Part shown: piece by piece, positions 63,501 through 64,000 of the stretch
Numbering within the stretch: the stretch's first letter is position 1
How the letters are laid out: every line of letters begins with the position of its first letter
From: Takakia lepidozioides
Taxonomy: Eukaryota > Plantae > Bryophyta
Direction: 5' to 3'
DNA length: 64,000 nt
Assembly (NCBI GenBank): GCA_030704615.1
Contig: CM060732.1
Location: forward strand, 2,418,001 to 2,482,000
Program-made: the position numbers and the translations under genes
Notes under the pieces: model-generated
Told to the model about the DNA's origin: nothing
Database searches by the model: none
What the model saw: only the letters and a program-made list of their open reading frames with translations

Positions 63501-64000
63501 GCCACCGCTCGTTTTTCCAACTGCAGCAAGAAAGACCATAAGAATTGTGGAGAGAGCACGGAGCAGCACAACCATTTGAAAATGGTTTTGTGGAAACTTT
63601 ACCTGGCTCCAGAAGGTTGCTTTGTGTAGCCACTGGTCGAATGTGTGGTCGCTAATAACTTTTATTGCTTGTGTCTTCGAGTCCCTCTCAGGAGATGGGA
63701 ACATGTTGGTGTCTCTCACAAGTGGATCGGAATTCCAGATCTCCAACCACCTGATTTTGGTTGCATTGTCCAACATTGAAATGGAAAGGTGATGCAGTTT
63801 CTCTTGGGTCATCTCTGGCTTTGAGCCATACTTGTCATAATGTGCTTTCACTTGTTCCAGAAATTCCGTGCCAAGACTTGGATCTGCTATGCGGATTTGT
63901 TTGTCGAATGCACTCATGAGGTTTTTCCTTTGATTGTTCATCTCAAATTTCATTATGTCCTCAAGCCTAGTAGCAGACCTCTGCTCTTCTGTGTGGGAAG
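60544..64000 (-). pseudogene. Multi-exon gene whose C-terminal domain resembles beta-class N4-cytosine/N6-adenine DNA methyltransferases; exons ?-~63260, 62258-61678, 61547-61209, 61109-60824, 60737-60544
   Basis: Spliced reading: TDLMVLDIPDG...W...KFLSDSGALLLM...KTWTCIN...|TRVFEALCLVR...WRGAREKSPAFMQTLVETCSHHGGRVVDLSMGTG|ASFHACKNAGRHFFGMEAD. Lesions: TAG at 61335-61337 and 60649-60651, acceptor AG>CG at 60739, probable homopolymer frameshift near 63390. Confidence 0.72.
62411..63170. repeat. Seven spaced ~24-bp palindromes, consensus CAACCTTGCGT-YR-ACGCAAGGTTG
   Basis: Copies near 62412, 62551, 62635, 62730, 62868, 63035 and 63143; related copies near 56090, 56200, 56378, 56585, 56628, 56670 and 56713. 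Confidence 0.85.

Larger units (their letters stand above)
59704..64000. mobile_element. Large coding member of the 55547-56953 DNA-transposon family, running off the window
   Basis: Same left end GGGGAATGCTTGCGCGTGAGCCT...CACGCCACGTCAGCAA...CCTAATTCCG and the same internal palindromic repeat. Confidence 0.75.

Overview
Eukaryotic nuclear DNA from a land plant, most likely a non-seed plant such as a moss (inferred from a DYW-PPR, moss-like myosin XI and HD-ZIP III fragments, a PAA2/HMA8-like ATPase and a COMMD2 homolog). Host genes: a disrupted PLS-DYW PPR gene, an 8-exon ZC3H15/TMA46-like CCCH gene, tRNA-Ala(AGC), an alpha/beta-hydrolase, COMMD2 and an intronless Cu-type P1B-ATPase. The rest is largely nested, decayed transposons. 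Three main observations. (1) A Ty3/Gypsy family (one near-complete copy, two partial copies) has a DNMT3-like C5-cytosine methyltransferase in frame between protease and RT, and a PHD finger after the integrase. (2) A TIR-type DNA element carries an intron-containing homolog of bacterial beta-class N4C/N6A DNA methyltransferases plus an array of spaced ~24-bp palindromes; a short non-coding derivative of it is also present. (3) One covarying 3' RNA structure (three-way junction, AGUA/GAA bulged-G motif, terminal hairpin) is shared by three copies of an REL-type LINE and two tRNA-derived SINEs. All calls are by eye, with no database searches run. Exon boundaries are inferred from splice signals plus remembered protein similarity.
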